64,000 nucleotides of DNA from Actinomycetales bacterium (GCA_038235595.1 JBBSTU010000001.1:2947-66946); one strand, 5' to 3'. Counted from the first letter of the stretch, positions 39,317 through 48,079 are shown. Translations and numbers: made by a program. Notes: generated by a model not told the origin, from the letters alone.

Positions 39317-39927
39317 CCGTCCCGCCGCCGGCCGACCCGGCGTCTGATCCCAGCCTCGACCCGTCGGCCGAGCCCCGCCACCCCCAGGCACCCACCCCGG
39401 AGCGGATGCGTCACGCCCTCGGCCACTTCGCGACCGGTGTCACGGTGATCACCGGCTACTCGCCCACCGGCGACCCGGTCGGGTTCGCGTGCCAGTCGTT
39501 CGCCTCGGTGTCGCTCGACCCGCCGCTCGTGCTGTTCTGCGCCGATCACCGCGGTCGCTCCTGGCCCCTGATCAGAGATACCGGCCGTTTCACCGTGAAC
39601 GTCCTGGGTCACCTCCAGCGGGGCCTCGTCGAGCGCTTCGGCCGGGCGGCCGGGCTACGCTTCGACGGGCTGGCGTGGGAGCGTTCGGCGCAGGGCGGCC
39701 CGAGCCTGCCCGGCGCTCTTGTGCGGGTGCACTGCCGAGTCGAGCAGGTGCACCCTGCCGGCGACCACGATGTCGTGATCGGTCAGGTGGTCGGGCTCGA
39801 TGACGCCGAGACCGGCCGCCCCATGCTCTTCTACCGGGGCCGGTTCAGCGTCACCGAGCGCCGAGCCAGTGGTTCGGCGGCCGATGCCGCCCCGTCGGAC
39901 GAGCTGCTCGACGACTACTGGGGCTGA
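39313..39927 (+). CDS. flavin reductase family protein
   Basis: LGHFATGVTVITG...FACQSFASVSLDPPLVLF matches the flavin reductase-like FMN-binding domain pattern. Confidence 0.8.
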   Translation: MTVPPPADPASDPSLDPSAEPRHPQAPTPERMRHALGHFATGVTVITGYSPTGDPVGFACQSFASVSLDPPLVLFCADHRGRSWPLIRDTGRFTVNVLGHLQRGLVERFGRAAGLRFDGLAWERSAQGGPSLPGALVRVHCRVEQVHPAGDHDVVIGQVVGLDDAETGRPMLFYRGRFSVTERRASGSAADAAPSDELLDDYWG

Positions 39928-39933
39928 AACCCC

Positions 39934-40012
39934 CCACCCGCGAACGACTCGTTCGAGGGTGAACGCGTCGGTCTACCGGAGCGTTCGCTCACCAGCCCGT
40001 CGTTCGAGCTCG
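39934..40012 (+). repeat. copy A of a ~75-bp structured intergenic repeat (core CGAACGACTCGTTCGAGG...)
   Basis: About 80% identical by hand alignment to 48001-48079. Contains the palindrome CGAACGA-C-TCGTTCG and the stem GAACGC/GCGTTC. It lies in a convergent intergenic gap. Confidence 0.8.
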
Positions 40013-40047
40013 GTGCTCGGCTCGCGGAAACCGTCGGATGCCGTAAC

Positions 40048-41331
40048 TCACGACACGCGGCGAAGGTCGGGCCGCAGCGCCACGGCGACCAGCAGCTGGA
40101 GGACACCGGCCCCGGCCAGCACCGCCCAGACCAGCGACAGGCTGCCCGTCGCGTCGCGAAGCACGCCCATGGCGAGCGGCCCCACCGAGGCCACGGTGTA
40201 CGAGCAGAGGAAGACCATGCCGCTGAGGCGGCCGCTCGCCTGCGGGGTGGCGGCGTAGCGCACCAGCAGCACCAGGCCGAGGGCGAAGGCTGCTCCCTGG
40301 CCCAGCCCGATGACGGTGGCCCAGAGCCACGGCGCCGCCTCGGGCGCCAGCCACACGCCGAGCGAGCCTCCGATCCCGATCACCGCGAACGGCACGAGCA
40401 GCACCCGCAGGTCACGCACCCGGTCGCTCAGCACCGGGCCGAGCAGGCCCGACACAATCTGCGACCCGCTGAAGGCGGCAGCGAGGTAGCCGGCTGACGC
40501 CGGAGACCAGCCGTGCTCGACGTAGGTCGGCGCCAGCCAGGTCACCGTCGAGTAGAAGGCCCATGACTGCATGGCCAGGTAGCCGGCCAGCAGCCAGGCC
40601 GTCGGGTGGTGCCACGGAAGGCGGGCAGCGGCATCCGCGCCAGGAGCATCGTCAGTGCCGCTCAGACTGTGGGGGTTGGCCCGGCGGGTGAACGGGGCCC
40701 AGGCGAGGGCCCCCAACAGCGCGAGCAGGCTCCACGAACCGAGCGAGGCCTGCCACGAACCGAACAGGCCGGCCAGGGGAACCGACGCGGCCGAGCTGCC
40801 CGCGGCGCCGGCCATCATGGCGAGCATGTAGAGGCCGGTGACGAGCCCCACCCGCTCGGGAGGGAAGAAGGTCTTGACCAACCGGGGGAGCAGGGTGCCG
40901 CCCACGGCGATGCCGACCCCGGCGACGAAGGTGCCCAGATAGAGCACGACGACGTGTTGGCCGCCGAAGCGACTGAGGGTGCCGAGCAGCACCGCGACCG
41001 CGGCGGCGAGCACGGTTGCCACGGCGCCGAAGCGATGGGCCAGCGGGCTTGCGGCGGGGGCGAACAGGCCCATGCACAGCACGGGGAGCGTGGTCAGGGC
41101 GCCGGCCGCTGCGTGCGAGAGGCCCAGGTCGGCGGAGATCACGTCGAGCAGTGGGGGAACGCTCGTGATCGCGATACGCAGGTTGGTCGCCACGGCGACC
41201 AGCACCGCGGCCATCACCCACACGGCCGGCAGCGGGCGAACCGTGGCCGGGACCCTCGGTCGACGTTTGGGGAGCCGTCCTGACCCGTCGGTCACCCCGC
41301 GCCCGGTGTCGGGCGACTGCGCGTCGTGCAT
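40048..41331 (-). CDS. MFS transporter (CynX-like)
   Basis: 427 aa with about 12 TM helices. N-terminal region reads NLRIAITSVPPLLDVISADLGLSHAAAGALTTLPVLCMGLFAP. Confidence 0.82.
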   Translation of the reverse strand: MHDAQSPDTGRGVTDGSGRLPKRRPRVPATVRPLPAVWVMAAVLVAVATNLRIAITSVPPLLDVISADLGLSHAAAGALTTLPVLCMGLFAPAASPLAHRFGAVATVLAAAVAVLLGTLSRFGGQHVVVLYLGTFVAGVGIAVGGTLLPRLVKTFFPPERVGLVTGLYMLAMMAGAAGSSAASVPLAGLFGSWQASLGSWSLLALLGALAWAPFTRRANPHSLSGTDDAPGADAAARLPWHHPTAWLLAGYLAMQSWAFYSTVTWLAPTYVEHGWSPASAGYLAAAFSGSQIVSGLLGPVLSDRVRDLRVLLVPFAVIGIGGSLGVWLAPEAAPWLWATVIGLGQGAAFALGLVLLVRYAATPQASGRLSGMVFLCSYTVASVGPLAMGVLRDATGSLSLVWAVLAGAGVLQLLVAVALRPDLRRVS

Positions 41332-41334
41332 CTG

Positions 41335-41949
41335 TCAGACACTAGAGGTGTCGACGAGGAGGTCGGCCCGTCGTCTCGTTCCGTCTCTCTCGAAGAGCGC
41401 ACTCTCCTGGTCGGCCCACTGCTGCCACTTCGGGCGGTAGGCCTCCCCGTCACGGGCGATACCTCGCTCCATCCGCAACCCCCGGTCGGCCTCGACGAAC
41501 ACCCGCACGGCCGCATACGCCCCGGCCGGCATGACGCTGGCGCCGCAGCCCTCGACGACCAGGAACTGCGAAGGCAGCACCGCGCGGCTGCCTTTCCACT
41601 CTTCTCGCAGCCAGCTCCACAGCCGGTACGCGGCCGGCTCCCCGCGGGAGACCGGTTCGAGCACCTGCTCAGTCAGTAGGCCCGGCGCGGCCGCGAGGCC
41701 GTCCCAGCCCGGGTAGAGGTGGTCCATGTGCACGAGCTCGACGCCGGTCGAGACTCCCAGGTCGCGGATGCCGGGAAGGGCGGCGAGCGCCTCGGCCACC
41801 CCCTGCGCGAGGGTGGTCTTACCGGCGCCGCTGGGGCCGTCGATGGCGACCACGACGGTCAGGCCGCACCGAGGGTCGGCCGCCGCCGCCAGCGCGGTGA
41901 TGGCGGCGACGTGCTCGGGCTCCGGCGATGCCGTGATGTCGTCCCACAT
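41335..41949 (-). CDS. P-loop nucleoside/nucleotide kinase-like protein (uridine-kinase-like)
   Basis: Walker A IDGPSGAGKTTLAQ; 204 aa. TAGGGT on the - strand (41957-41962) lies 7 nt before the ATG, which suggests a leaderless mRNA. Confidence 0.6.
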   Translation of the reverse strand: MWDDITASPEPEHVAAITALAAAADPRCGLTVVVAIDGPSGAGKTTLAQGVAEALAALPGIRDLGVSTGVELVHMDHLYPGWDGLAAAPGLLTEQVLEPVSRGEPAAYRLWSWLREEWKGSRAVLPSQFLVVEGCGASVMPAGAYAAVRVFVEADRGLRMERGIARDGEAYRPKWQQWADQESALFERDGTRRRADLLVDTSSV

Positions 41950-42054
41950 GGCGGTGACCCTACTGCCGCGACCACGGCATCCAGACGTGGTGCCGGTCCG
42001 AGACGGCCGAGGCGACCGAGGCGGTCACGAGCCCGCGGGTGACGCCGGCTCGCC

Positions 42055-42060
42055 TAGATT
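42055..42060 (+). promoter_or_regulatory. candidate -10 hexamer TAGATT 6 nt upstream of the hisF ATG (leaderless)
   Basis: CGCCTAGATTGGGCTCATG. There is no SD. Confidence 0.35.
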
Positions 42061-42066
42061 GGGCTC

Positions 42067-42840
42067 ATGCCCGTCGCCACCCGCGTGATCGCCTGTCTCG
42101 ACGTCGACGCCGGCCGGGTCGTCAAAGGGGTCAACTTCGAGAACCTGCGCGACGCCGGTGACCCCGTCGCGCTGGCCCGGCGTTACGCCGACCAGGGGAT
42201 CGACGAGCTGACCTTCCTCGACGTCACAGCGAGCAGCGGCAACCGGGAGACGACCTTCGACGTCGTGCGCCGCACGGCCGAGCAGGTGTTCATCCCGCTC
42301 ACGGTCGGCGGCGGGGTGCGCACGGCCCACGACGTCGACCGGCTGCTGCGTGCGGGCGCCGACAAGGTGGGGGTGAACACCGCGGCGATCGCGAGGCCCG
42401 AGCTCATCGCCGAGATCGCTGACCGCTTCGGGGCCCAGGTGCTGGTGCTCTCGGCCGACGTGCGTCGCCGACGAGGTGACGACGGGCTGCCCACCGACGA
42501 CTTCGTCATGACCACGCACGGCGGTCGCACGGCCGTCGACCTCGACGCGGTGCAGTGGTGCGCCCGGGCTGCCGAGCTCGGGGCCGGTGAGATCCTGCTC
42601 AACTCGATGGACGCCGATGGCACCAAGGACGGCTTCGACCTCGAGCTGATCCGCCGGGTGCGGGCGGCGGTCTCGGTGCCCCTCATCGCGAGCGGTGGCG
42701 CCGGTCGGGTCGAGCACTTCGCGCCGGCAGCCGCCGCCGGGGCGGATGCCGTGCTGGCCGCCAGTGTCTTCCACTTCGGCGAGCTCACGGTCGCCCAGGT
42801 CAAGGCGGGCCTGCGCGAGGCGGGGGTCACGGTTCGCTGA
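42067..42840 (+). CDS. hisF: imidazole glycerol phosphate synthase cyclase subunit
   Basis: [25 protein letters not shown] and [20 protein letters not shown]. Confidence 0.95.
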   Translation: MPVATRVIACLDVDAGRVVKGVNFENLRDAGDPVALARRYADQGIDELTFLDVTASSGNRETTFDVVRRTAEQVFIPLTVGGGVRTAHDVDRLLRAGADKVGVNTAAIARPELIAEIADRFGAQVLVLSADVRRRRGDDGLPTDDFVMTTHGGRTAVDLDAVQWCARAAELGAGEILLNSMDADGTKDGFDLELIRRVRAAVSVPLIASGGAGRVEHFAPAAAAGADAVLAASVFHFGELTVAQVKAGLREAGVTVR

Positions 42841-42865
42841 GGGCCGGTTGCTCGTCATCCACCCG

Positions 42866-42939
42866 GATCAGTCTGCCGATCAGTCTGCAGTCGTGGTCGT
42901 CAGAACCACCCCAGGTGCAGACTGATCCGCAGACTGATG
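42866..42939. terminator. 74-nt near-perfect hairpin (22 of 24 arm positions paired) built from four GATCAGTCTGC units; candidate bidirectional terminator or protein-binding array
   Basis: The left arm GATCAGTCTGCCGATCAGTCTGCA (42866-89) pairs with TGCAGACTGATCCGCAGACTGATG (42916-39), with a C-C mismatch and an unpaired terminal G. The loop contains a further GTGGT/ACCAC stem. It lies between the convergent hisF and the - strand gene. Confidence 0.5.
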
Positions 42940-42961
42940 TGACGTCAGCGGTCCGGGGGGC

Positions 42962-43600
42962 TCAGACGCCGAAGTCGGCACCGCGCAACGCGGCCACGTC
43001 GTCGTCGGAGCCCTCGAAGCTGACCTGTGCCACGCGTTCCCGGCCGAATGCGAACAACACCAGCTCACCCACCGGCCCGCGCACGACCACGGTGCCGCCG
43101 GCGCCCGGAGCCTTGGCGGCATGGCGGCCCAGACCGTTTGCGATCAGCACGACTCCGGTCGGGGCCTTGCGCAACATCAGCTTCGAAGCAGACTTCAGGG
43201 CGGCCCAAAGGGCCTGCTGCAGCTCGGTGGACAGGTTCCGGGGAGTCCAGTCGGGCTGCGCGCGCCGCAGGTCCTCGAAGTGGACGAAGAACTCCGTCAG
43301 GTTCGCCTTCTCGTCGACCGCGGGAATGGCCATCGGGTTCCAGACCGGCGGGCCGGAGCGGACCTTCTGCACCAGAGCACCGAAGTCGCCTGCCGCCACC
43401 TGAGCCATGCCCCGGTCGGTTCGGCCTGAAAGCGCCGGGATGAAGAGGCCGGCCAGCAGGTCGGGGCGGGTCTCGCGGATCAGCAGGTGCGCGGCAAGGT
43501 CCTTGGCCAGCCACCCATCGTCGATGGTGTCGGCCTCGGGTCCGAGACGCTCCAGCTCGTCGCAGAGCGCGTGACGTTCGGACTGTGCGTGGCGTGTCAT
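42962..43600 (-). CDS. DinB-like / mycothiol-dependent maleylpyruvate-isomerase-family protein (TIGR03085-like)
   Basis: MTRHAQSERHALCDELERLGPEADTIDDGWLAKDLAAHLLIRE matches my memory of this actinobacterial family. The ORF-track start at 43759 adds an implausible 53 aa; the start is ATG 43600 or 43609. Confidence 0.65.
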   Translation of the reverse strand: MTRHAQSERHALCDELERLGPEADTIDDGWLAKDLAAHLLIRETRPDLLAGLFIPALSGRTDRGMAQVAAGDFGALVQKVRSGPPVWNPMAIPAVDEKANLTEFFVHFEDLRRAQPDWTPRNLSTELQQALWAALKSASKLMLRKAPTGVVLIANGLGRHAAKAPGAGGTVVVRGPVGELVLFAFGRERVAQVSFEGSDDDVAALRGADFGV

Positions 43601-43663
43601 GACGTCCATCCAACCAGTTGACGGGCAGACCCGAACTCGGTGGAGGGCAGGAGGGGCTGCCCT

Positions 43664-43669
43664 TAGGCT
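43664..43669 (+). promoter_or_regulatory. candidate -10 hexamer TAGGCT 6 nt upstream of the GNAT GTG (leaderless)
   Basis: CCTTAGGCTCGACCGGTG. Confidence 0.3.
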
Positions 43670-43675
43670 CGACCG

Positions 43676-44227
43676 GTGATCGAGCTGGTGCGCCCCACTG
43701 TCGACCTCGCCGACTCGTGGTGGGCCATGGTCGACGCGTTCGGCGACGAGACCATCCACGGTTCGTCGCTCCGGTCAGGCGATCGCGCCGGTTTGCGCGA
43801 CCCCGCCGTTTTCGAGATCTGGGTCGACTGGCTGGCCGAGCAGGCCAGAGACGACGTGGCGCTGCCCGAGGGCAGGGTCCCCAGCTCGTACCGCTGGATC
43901 GTCGACGCCGACGGCGTCGTCGTCGGGACCCTCGCCCTGCGCCACGGCCTCAACCCCGCTCTGCTCGTCGTCGGTGGACACCTCGGCTACGCCGTCGAGC
44001 CCGGCTCTCGTCGTCGCGGCGTGGCCACCGCCGCCGTTCGGCTGGCCCTCTCGATGGCGGCGGTGCGGGGAATCGACCCGGTGCTGATCACGTGTGACCC
44101 CGACAACGTGTCCTCCGCCCGCACCATCGAGAAGGTCGGAGGGGTGCTGGCCGACGAGCGCGCCGGCAGTCGTCGGTACTGGGCTTCGACGGGCACGACT
44201 GCCCCCGCGTTGCGGCATCCGGAATAA
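43676..44227 (+). CDS. GNAT-family N-acetyltransferase
   Basis: GYAVEPGSRRRGVATAAVRLAL contains the acetyl-CoA-binding R-x-x-G-x-A motif. 183 aa. Confidence 0.8.
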   Translation: MIELVRPTVDLADSWWAMVDAFGDETIHGSSLRSGDRAGLRDPAVFEIWVDWLAEQARDDVALPEGRVPSSYRWIVDADGVVVGTLALRHGLNPALLVVGGHLGYAVEPGSRRRGVATAAVRLALSMAAVRGIDPVLITCDPDNVSSARTIEKVGGVLADERAGSRRYWASTGTTAPALRHPE

Positions 44228-44346
44228 GGAACGTGCGGGTGTCTGTTGTCGAGGGGTCGTGAGAGGCTCAGCGGTCGAGCAGCAGAACTGGCAACGAGTG
44301 TCGCGACCGAGCAACCGTCCAGACAACGCAGCAGGGAGAACGACAC

Positions 44347-46173
44347 GTGAGCACGGCCACCCCCTCGACCCTGCGCGAGGGCTGGAGCGTCATCGGGCGC
44401 GGCATCAGGGGCCAGCCGCGCTGGTTCGGCCTCGCGGTCGTGGGCAGCGTGGTCTACGGCATCATGACGAGCCTCACCGCGGCTGCGATCGGTTTCGTGG
44501 TCGACCGGGCCGTCACGCCCGCCATCGCGGCCCGATCGGTGACGGCCGGGCAGCTGTGGTTCATCGGCGGGGTGATGTCAGCCGTCGTGCTGACCACCAT
44601 CCTCGGGGTCATCGGCCGTCGCCTCGCGGGCGGTGTCGCCATGTTCAACCTCGGGGCCATGTACCGCCGGCAGGTGACTCGTCAGTACCTGCGGCTGCCC
44701 CTCAGCTGGCATCACAAGCACCCCTCGGGTCAGCTGCTGTCGAACGCGAACGCCGACGTCGAGGCGACCTGGAACATCTTCGGGCCGTTGCCGATGGCCC
44801 TTGGCGTCGTGGTCATGCTGGTGTTCGGGGTGCTGCAGATGGTCATCGTCGACCCATGGCTCGCCGTCGTGGGCCTGACGGTCTTTCCGATGCTCTTCGT
44901 GGCCAACATCGCGTTCCAGCGGGCGATGTCGCCGCGAGTCACGCGCGCCCAGCAGCTGCGAGCCGACGTGTCCGAGGTCGCCCACGAGAGCTTCGAGGCG
45001 GCCCTCATCGTCAAGTCGCTCGGCCGCGAGGACCACGAGGCCGAGCGTTTCCGCGCGGTCACCCACGAGCTGCGTGACGCGAATATCGAGGTGGGCCGCA
45101 CGCGCGGCCGGTTCGACCCTGCCATCGAGGCGATCCCGACGATCGGCACGCTGGCGGTGCTCTTCGTGGGCACGCTGCGCGTGCGCAGCGGTCTGCTCTC
45201 GCCGGCCGAGGTGGTGCAGATCGCCTACCTCTTCTCCATCCTCGCCTTCCCGGTCCGCGCGCTCGGCTGGGTGCTCGCCGAGCTGCCCCGGGCCGTGGTG
45301 GGCTGGAAGCGGATCTCCGCAGTGCTCGACGCCGAAGGCAGCATGGAGTATGGGCCCCGCGGCCTACCGACCGGCACCGCCAGCCACCTTCAGGCCGAGT
45401 CACTCTCGTACGCCTATGAGATCGAGACCGAGCAGGGCGACGCCGACCTCAACCCGGCCGTCGTCGACGTCAGCCTCGACGTCGCGCCCGGTTCGACGGT
45501 GGCGCTCGTCGGCCCCACCGGCAGCGGCAAGTCGACCCTCACCAACCTGATGATGCGACTGGTCGACCCCGACACGGGCGCGGTACTGGTCGACGGCATC
45601 GACCTGCGCCAGGTGCGACAGGGCGGCGTCTCCGAGGTGGGCTCTCTCGTGGCCCAGCAGACCTTCATGTTCGACGACAGTGTGCGCGGCAACATCACTC
45701 TCGGCATCGACCACGACGACGACGCGGTCTGGCGATCGCTCGACGTCGCGCAGGGAGCCGGCTTCGTGGGTGACCTCCGCGACGGGCTCGACACCCACGT
45801 GGGTGAGCGCGGGGCCAGCCTCTCAGGGGGGCAGCGACAGCGGATCGCTCTCGCCCGAGCAGTGATTCGCGAGCCGCAGCTGCTCATCCTCGACGACGCG
45901 ACGTCGGCCGTCGACCCGAGTGTCGAGCAGGCGATCCTCTCGCGGCTGCGTGAGGCCAGCACCGGCACCACGGTGCTCGTCGTGGCCTACCGGATGGCCA
46001 CCATCCTGCTCGCCGACGAGGTCGTCTACCTTGAGCAGGGCCGGGTCATCGACCACGGTTCGCACGAACAGCTGCTCTCCCGGTGCGCCGGCTACGAGCG
46101 GCTCGTCACGGCCTACGCCCGTGAGTCGGCCGAACGAGATGCCATCGCCGCCGACGAGGAGGTGTCGCGATGA
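44347..46173 (+). CDS. ABC exporter half-transporter (TMD-NBD), subunit with non-canonical Walker B (Asp in place of the catalytic Glu)
   Basis: Six-TM domain followed by GPTGSGKST, LSGGQRQR and LLILDDATSAVD. Confidence 0.9.
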   Translation: MSTATPSTLREGWSVIGRGIRGQPRWFGLAVVGSVVYGIMTSLTAAAIGFVVDRAVTPAIAARSVTAGQLWFIGGVMSAVVLTTILGVIGRRLAGGVAMFNLGAMYRRQVTRQYLRLPLSWHHKHPSGQLLSNANADVEATWNIFGPLPMALGVVVMLVFGVLQMVIVDPWLAVVGLTVFPMLFVANIAFQRAMSPRVTRAQQLRADVSEVAHESFEAALIVKSLGREDHEAERFRAVTHELRDANIEVGRTRGRFDPAIEAIPTIGTLAVLFVGTLRVRSGLLSPAEVVQIAYLFSILAFPVRALGWVLAELPRAVVGWKRISAVLDAEGSMEYGPRGLPTGTASHLQAESLSYAYEIETEQGDADLNPAVVDVSLDVAPGSTVALVGPTGSGKSTLTNLMMRLVDPDTGAVLVDGIDLRQVRQGGVSEVGSLVAQQTFMFDDSVRGNITLGIDHDDDAVWRSLDVAQGAGFVGDLRDGLDTHVGERGASLSGGQRQRIALARAVIREPQLLILDDATSAVDPSVEQAILSRLREASTGTTVLVVAYRMATILLADEVVYLEQGRVIDHGSHEQLLSRCAGYERLVTAYARESAERDAIAADEEVSR

Positions 46174-47981
46174 GCATGCGCGGCCAACCGATCGTCGAGC
46201 ACCACGGGATTGCCTCCGGCACCGAGATGTCGACCTGGGCCACGCTCAAGCGCGGCTTCGTGCTCTCCCCAGAGCTGAAGAAGGGAATCTGGGTCACCGT
46301 TGCCCTGGCCGTGCTCTCGACCCTGGGGCGCGTGCTGGTGCCTTTCGTCGTTCAGCGCATCACCGACGAAGGGCTGCTCGCCGACGGTGGGCCCGACCTG
46401 GGCAGTGTGGCGATGTACATCGGCGTCGCCCTGGGCGGCGTGGTGGTCACGGCCTTCTCTGCCTACTTCGTCAACATCAGGCTCTTCCAGGCGTCCGAGA
46501 ACGGGCTGGCGACGCTGCGCACCAAGGCTTTCCGGCACATCCACGACCTCGCGATGCTGACCCAGAACACGGAGCGACGCGGGTCGCTCGTCTCCCGGGT
46601 GACCTCCGACGTCGACACCATCTCGACGTTCGTGCAGTTCGGCGGGCTGATGCTGCTCATCAACGTCGCGCAGATCACCCTCGCCACCGTGCTCATGGTG
46701 GTCTACAGCCCGTTGCTCGGGCTCGTGGTGTGGGTGTGCTTCGTTCCGCTGTTCATCATCATCCGCAAGTTTCAGGGCATCGTCGGTCGGGCCTACACGC
46801 GGGTTCGCGAGCGGGTCGGCGACATGCTCGGAGCCGTCTCCGAGGCGGTGGTCGGCGCCCAGGCGATCCGCGCGTACGGAGTCGAGGAGCGCACGGCGCA
46901 ACGCATCGACGCCGCGGTCGAGGCGCACCGAAAGGCGGCGATCGGGGCGCAGGCGCGCTCGGTGATCGCCTTCACCTCCGGTCAGCTGGTGTCGGGCATG
47001 ACCACTGCCGTGGTGCTGGTGGTGGGTACCGTGCTCGCCGCGCGGGGGAGCCTGACGCTCGGTGAGCTGCTGGCTTTCCTCTTCCTCGTGAACCTCTTCA
47101 CGCAGCCGGTGCAGCAGGCGACCGAGATTCTCAACGAGATGCAGAACGCCGTCGCCGGCTGGCGTCGGGTGATCGGCATCATCGACACCGAGGCCGACGT
47201 CGCCGACCCGGGCGACCAGGGCGTCACCCTGCCCCGCGGCCCGATCACGGTGCAGTTCAACGGGGTCGGCTTCGCCTACCCCGGCGGCGACCCCGTGCTG
47301 CACGACATCGACCTCACCATCGCACCCCGCAGCCGGGTCGCCATCGTCGGCGAGACCGGTTCCGGCAAGTCCACCCTGGCCAAGCTGCTCACCCGGCTGA
47401 TGGACCCCACCACCGGCACGGTGCAGCTCGACGGTGTCGACCTCGACAGCATCCGGTTCTCCACGTTGCGCTCGCGCGTGGTGCTCGTGCCACAGGAGGG
47501 CTTCCTCTTCGACGGTACGCTGCTCGACAACGTGCGCTTCGGCCGTCCCGAGGCCACCGAGGACGACGTGCGGCTCACGCTCACCGAGCTCGGTCTCGAC
47601 CCGTGGGTGGCCACGCTGCCGCTCGGGCTGGCCACCGACGTCGGCCAACGCGGGGAGTCGCTGTCGGCGGGTGAGCGGCAGCTCGTGGCGCTGGCCCGGG
47701 CCTACCTGGCCGACCCCGACCTGCTCGTGCTCGACGAGGCGACATCGGCCGTCGACCCGAGTACCGAGGTCAGGCTCCAGCGGGCCCTCGACTCCCTCAC
47801 CCGAGGGCGCACCTCCATCGCAATCGCCCATCGCCTCTCGACCGCTCAAGCCGCGGACGAGGTGATCGTGGTGGATGCCGGCCGCATCGTCGAGCGCGGA
47901 CACCACACCGAGCTGGTGCGCCTGGGCGGCGTCTACGCGGGCCTGCACGACTCCTGGGTGGCCCAGCAGACCACGGTCTGA
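46170..47981 (+). CDS. ABC exporter half-transporter (TMD-NBD), subunit with degenerate signature motif
   Basis: GETGSGKST, LSAGERQ (in place of LSGGQ) and canonical LLVLDEATSAVD. ATGA overlap with the preceding gene. Confidence 0.9.
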   Translation: MSMRGQPIVEHHGIASGTEMSTWATLKRGFVLSPELKKGIWVTVALAVLSTLGRVLVPFVVQRITDEGLLADGGPDLGSVAMYIGVALGGVVVTAFSAYFVNIRLFQASENGLATLRTKAFRHIHDLAMLTQNTERRGSLVSRVTSDVDTISTFVQFGGLMLLINVAQITLATVLMVVYSPLLGLVVWVCFVPLFIIIRKFQGIVGRAYTRVRERVGDMLGAVSEAVVGAQAIRAYGVEERTAQRIDAAVEAHRKAAIGAQARSVIAFTSGQLVSGMTTAVVLVVGTVLAARGSLTLGELLAFLFLVNLFTQPVQQATEILNEMQNAVAGWRRVIGIIDTEADVADPGDQGVTLPRGPITVQFNGVGFAYPGGDPVLHDIDLTIAPRSRVAIVGETGSGKSTLAKLLTRLMDPTTGTVQLDGVDLDSIRFSTLRSRVVLVPQEGFLFDGTLLDNVRFGRPEATEDDVRLTLTELGLDPWVATLPLGLATDVGQRGESLSAGERQLVALARAYLADPDLLVLDEATSAVDPSTEVRLQRALDSLTRGRTSIAIAHRLSTAQAADEVIVVDAGRIVERGHHTELVRLGGVYAGLHDSWVAQQTTV

Positions 47982-48000
47982 CCCACCCCCGACCCCCGTG

Positions 48001-48079
48001 CCCACCCCGCGAACGACTCGTTCGAGGTCGAACGCGCTGGTATGCCGCCGCGTCCGATCACCAACTCGGCGTTCGAGAC
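48001..48079 (+). repeat. copy B of the ~75-bp structured intergenic repeat
   Basis: CCCACCCCGCGAACGACTCGTTCGAGGTCGAACGCGCTGGTATGCCGCCGCGTCC...CGGCGTTCGAGAC, located between the ABC stop and the hisI SD. Confidence 0.8.
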
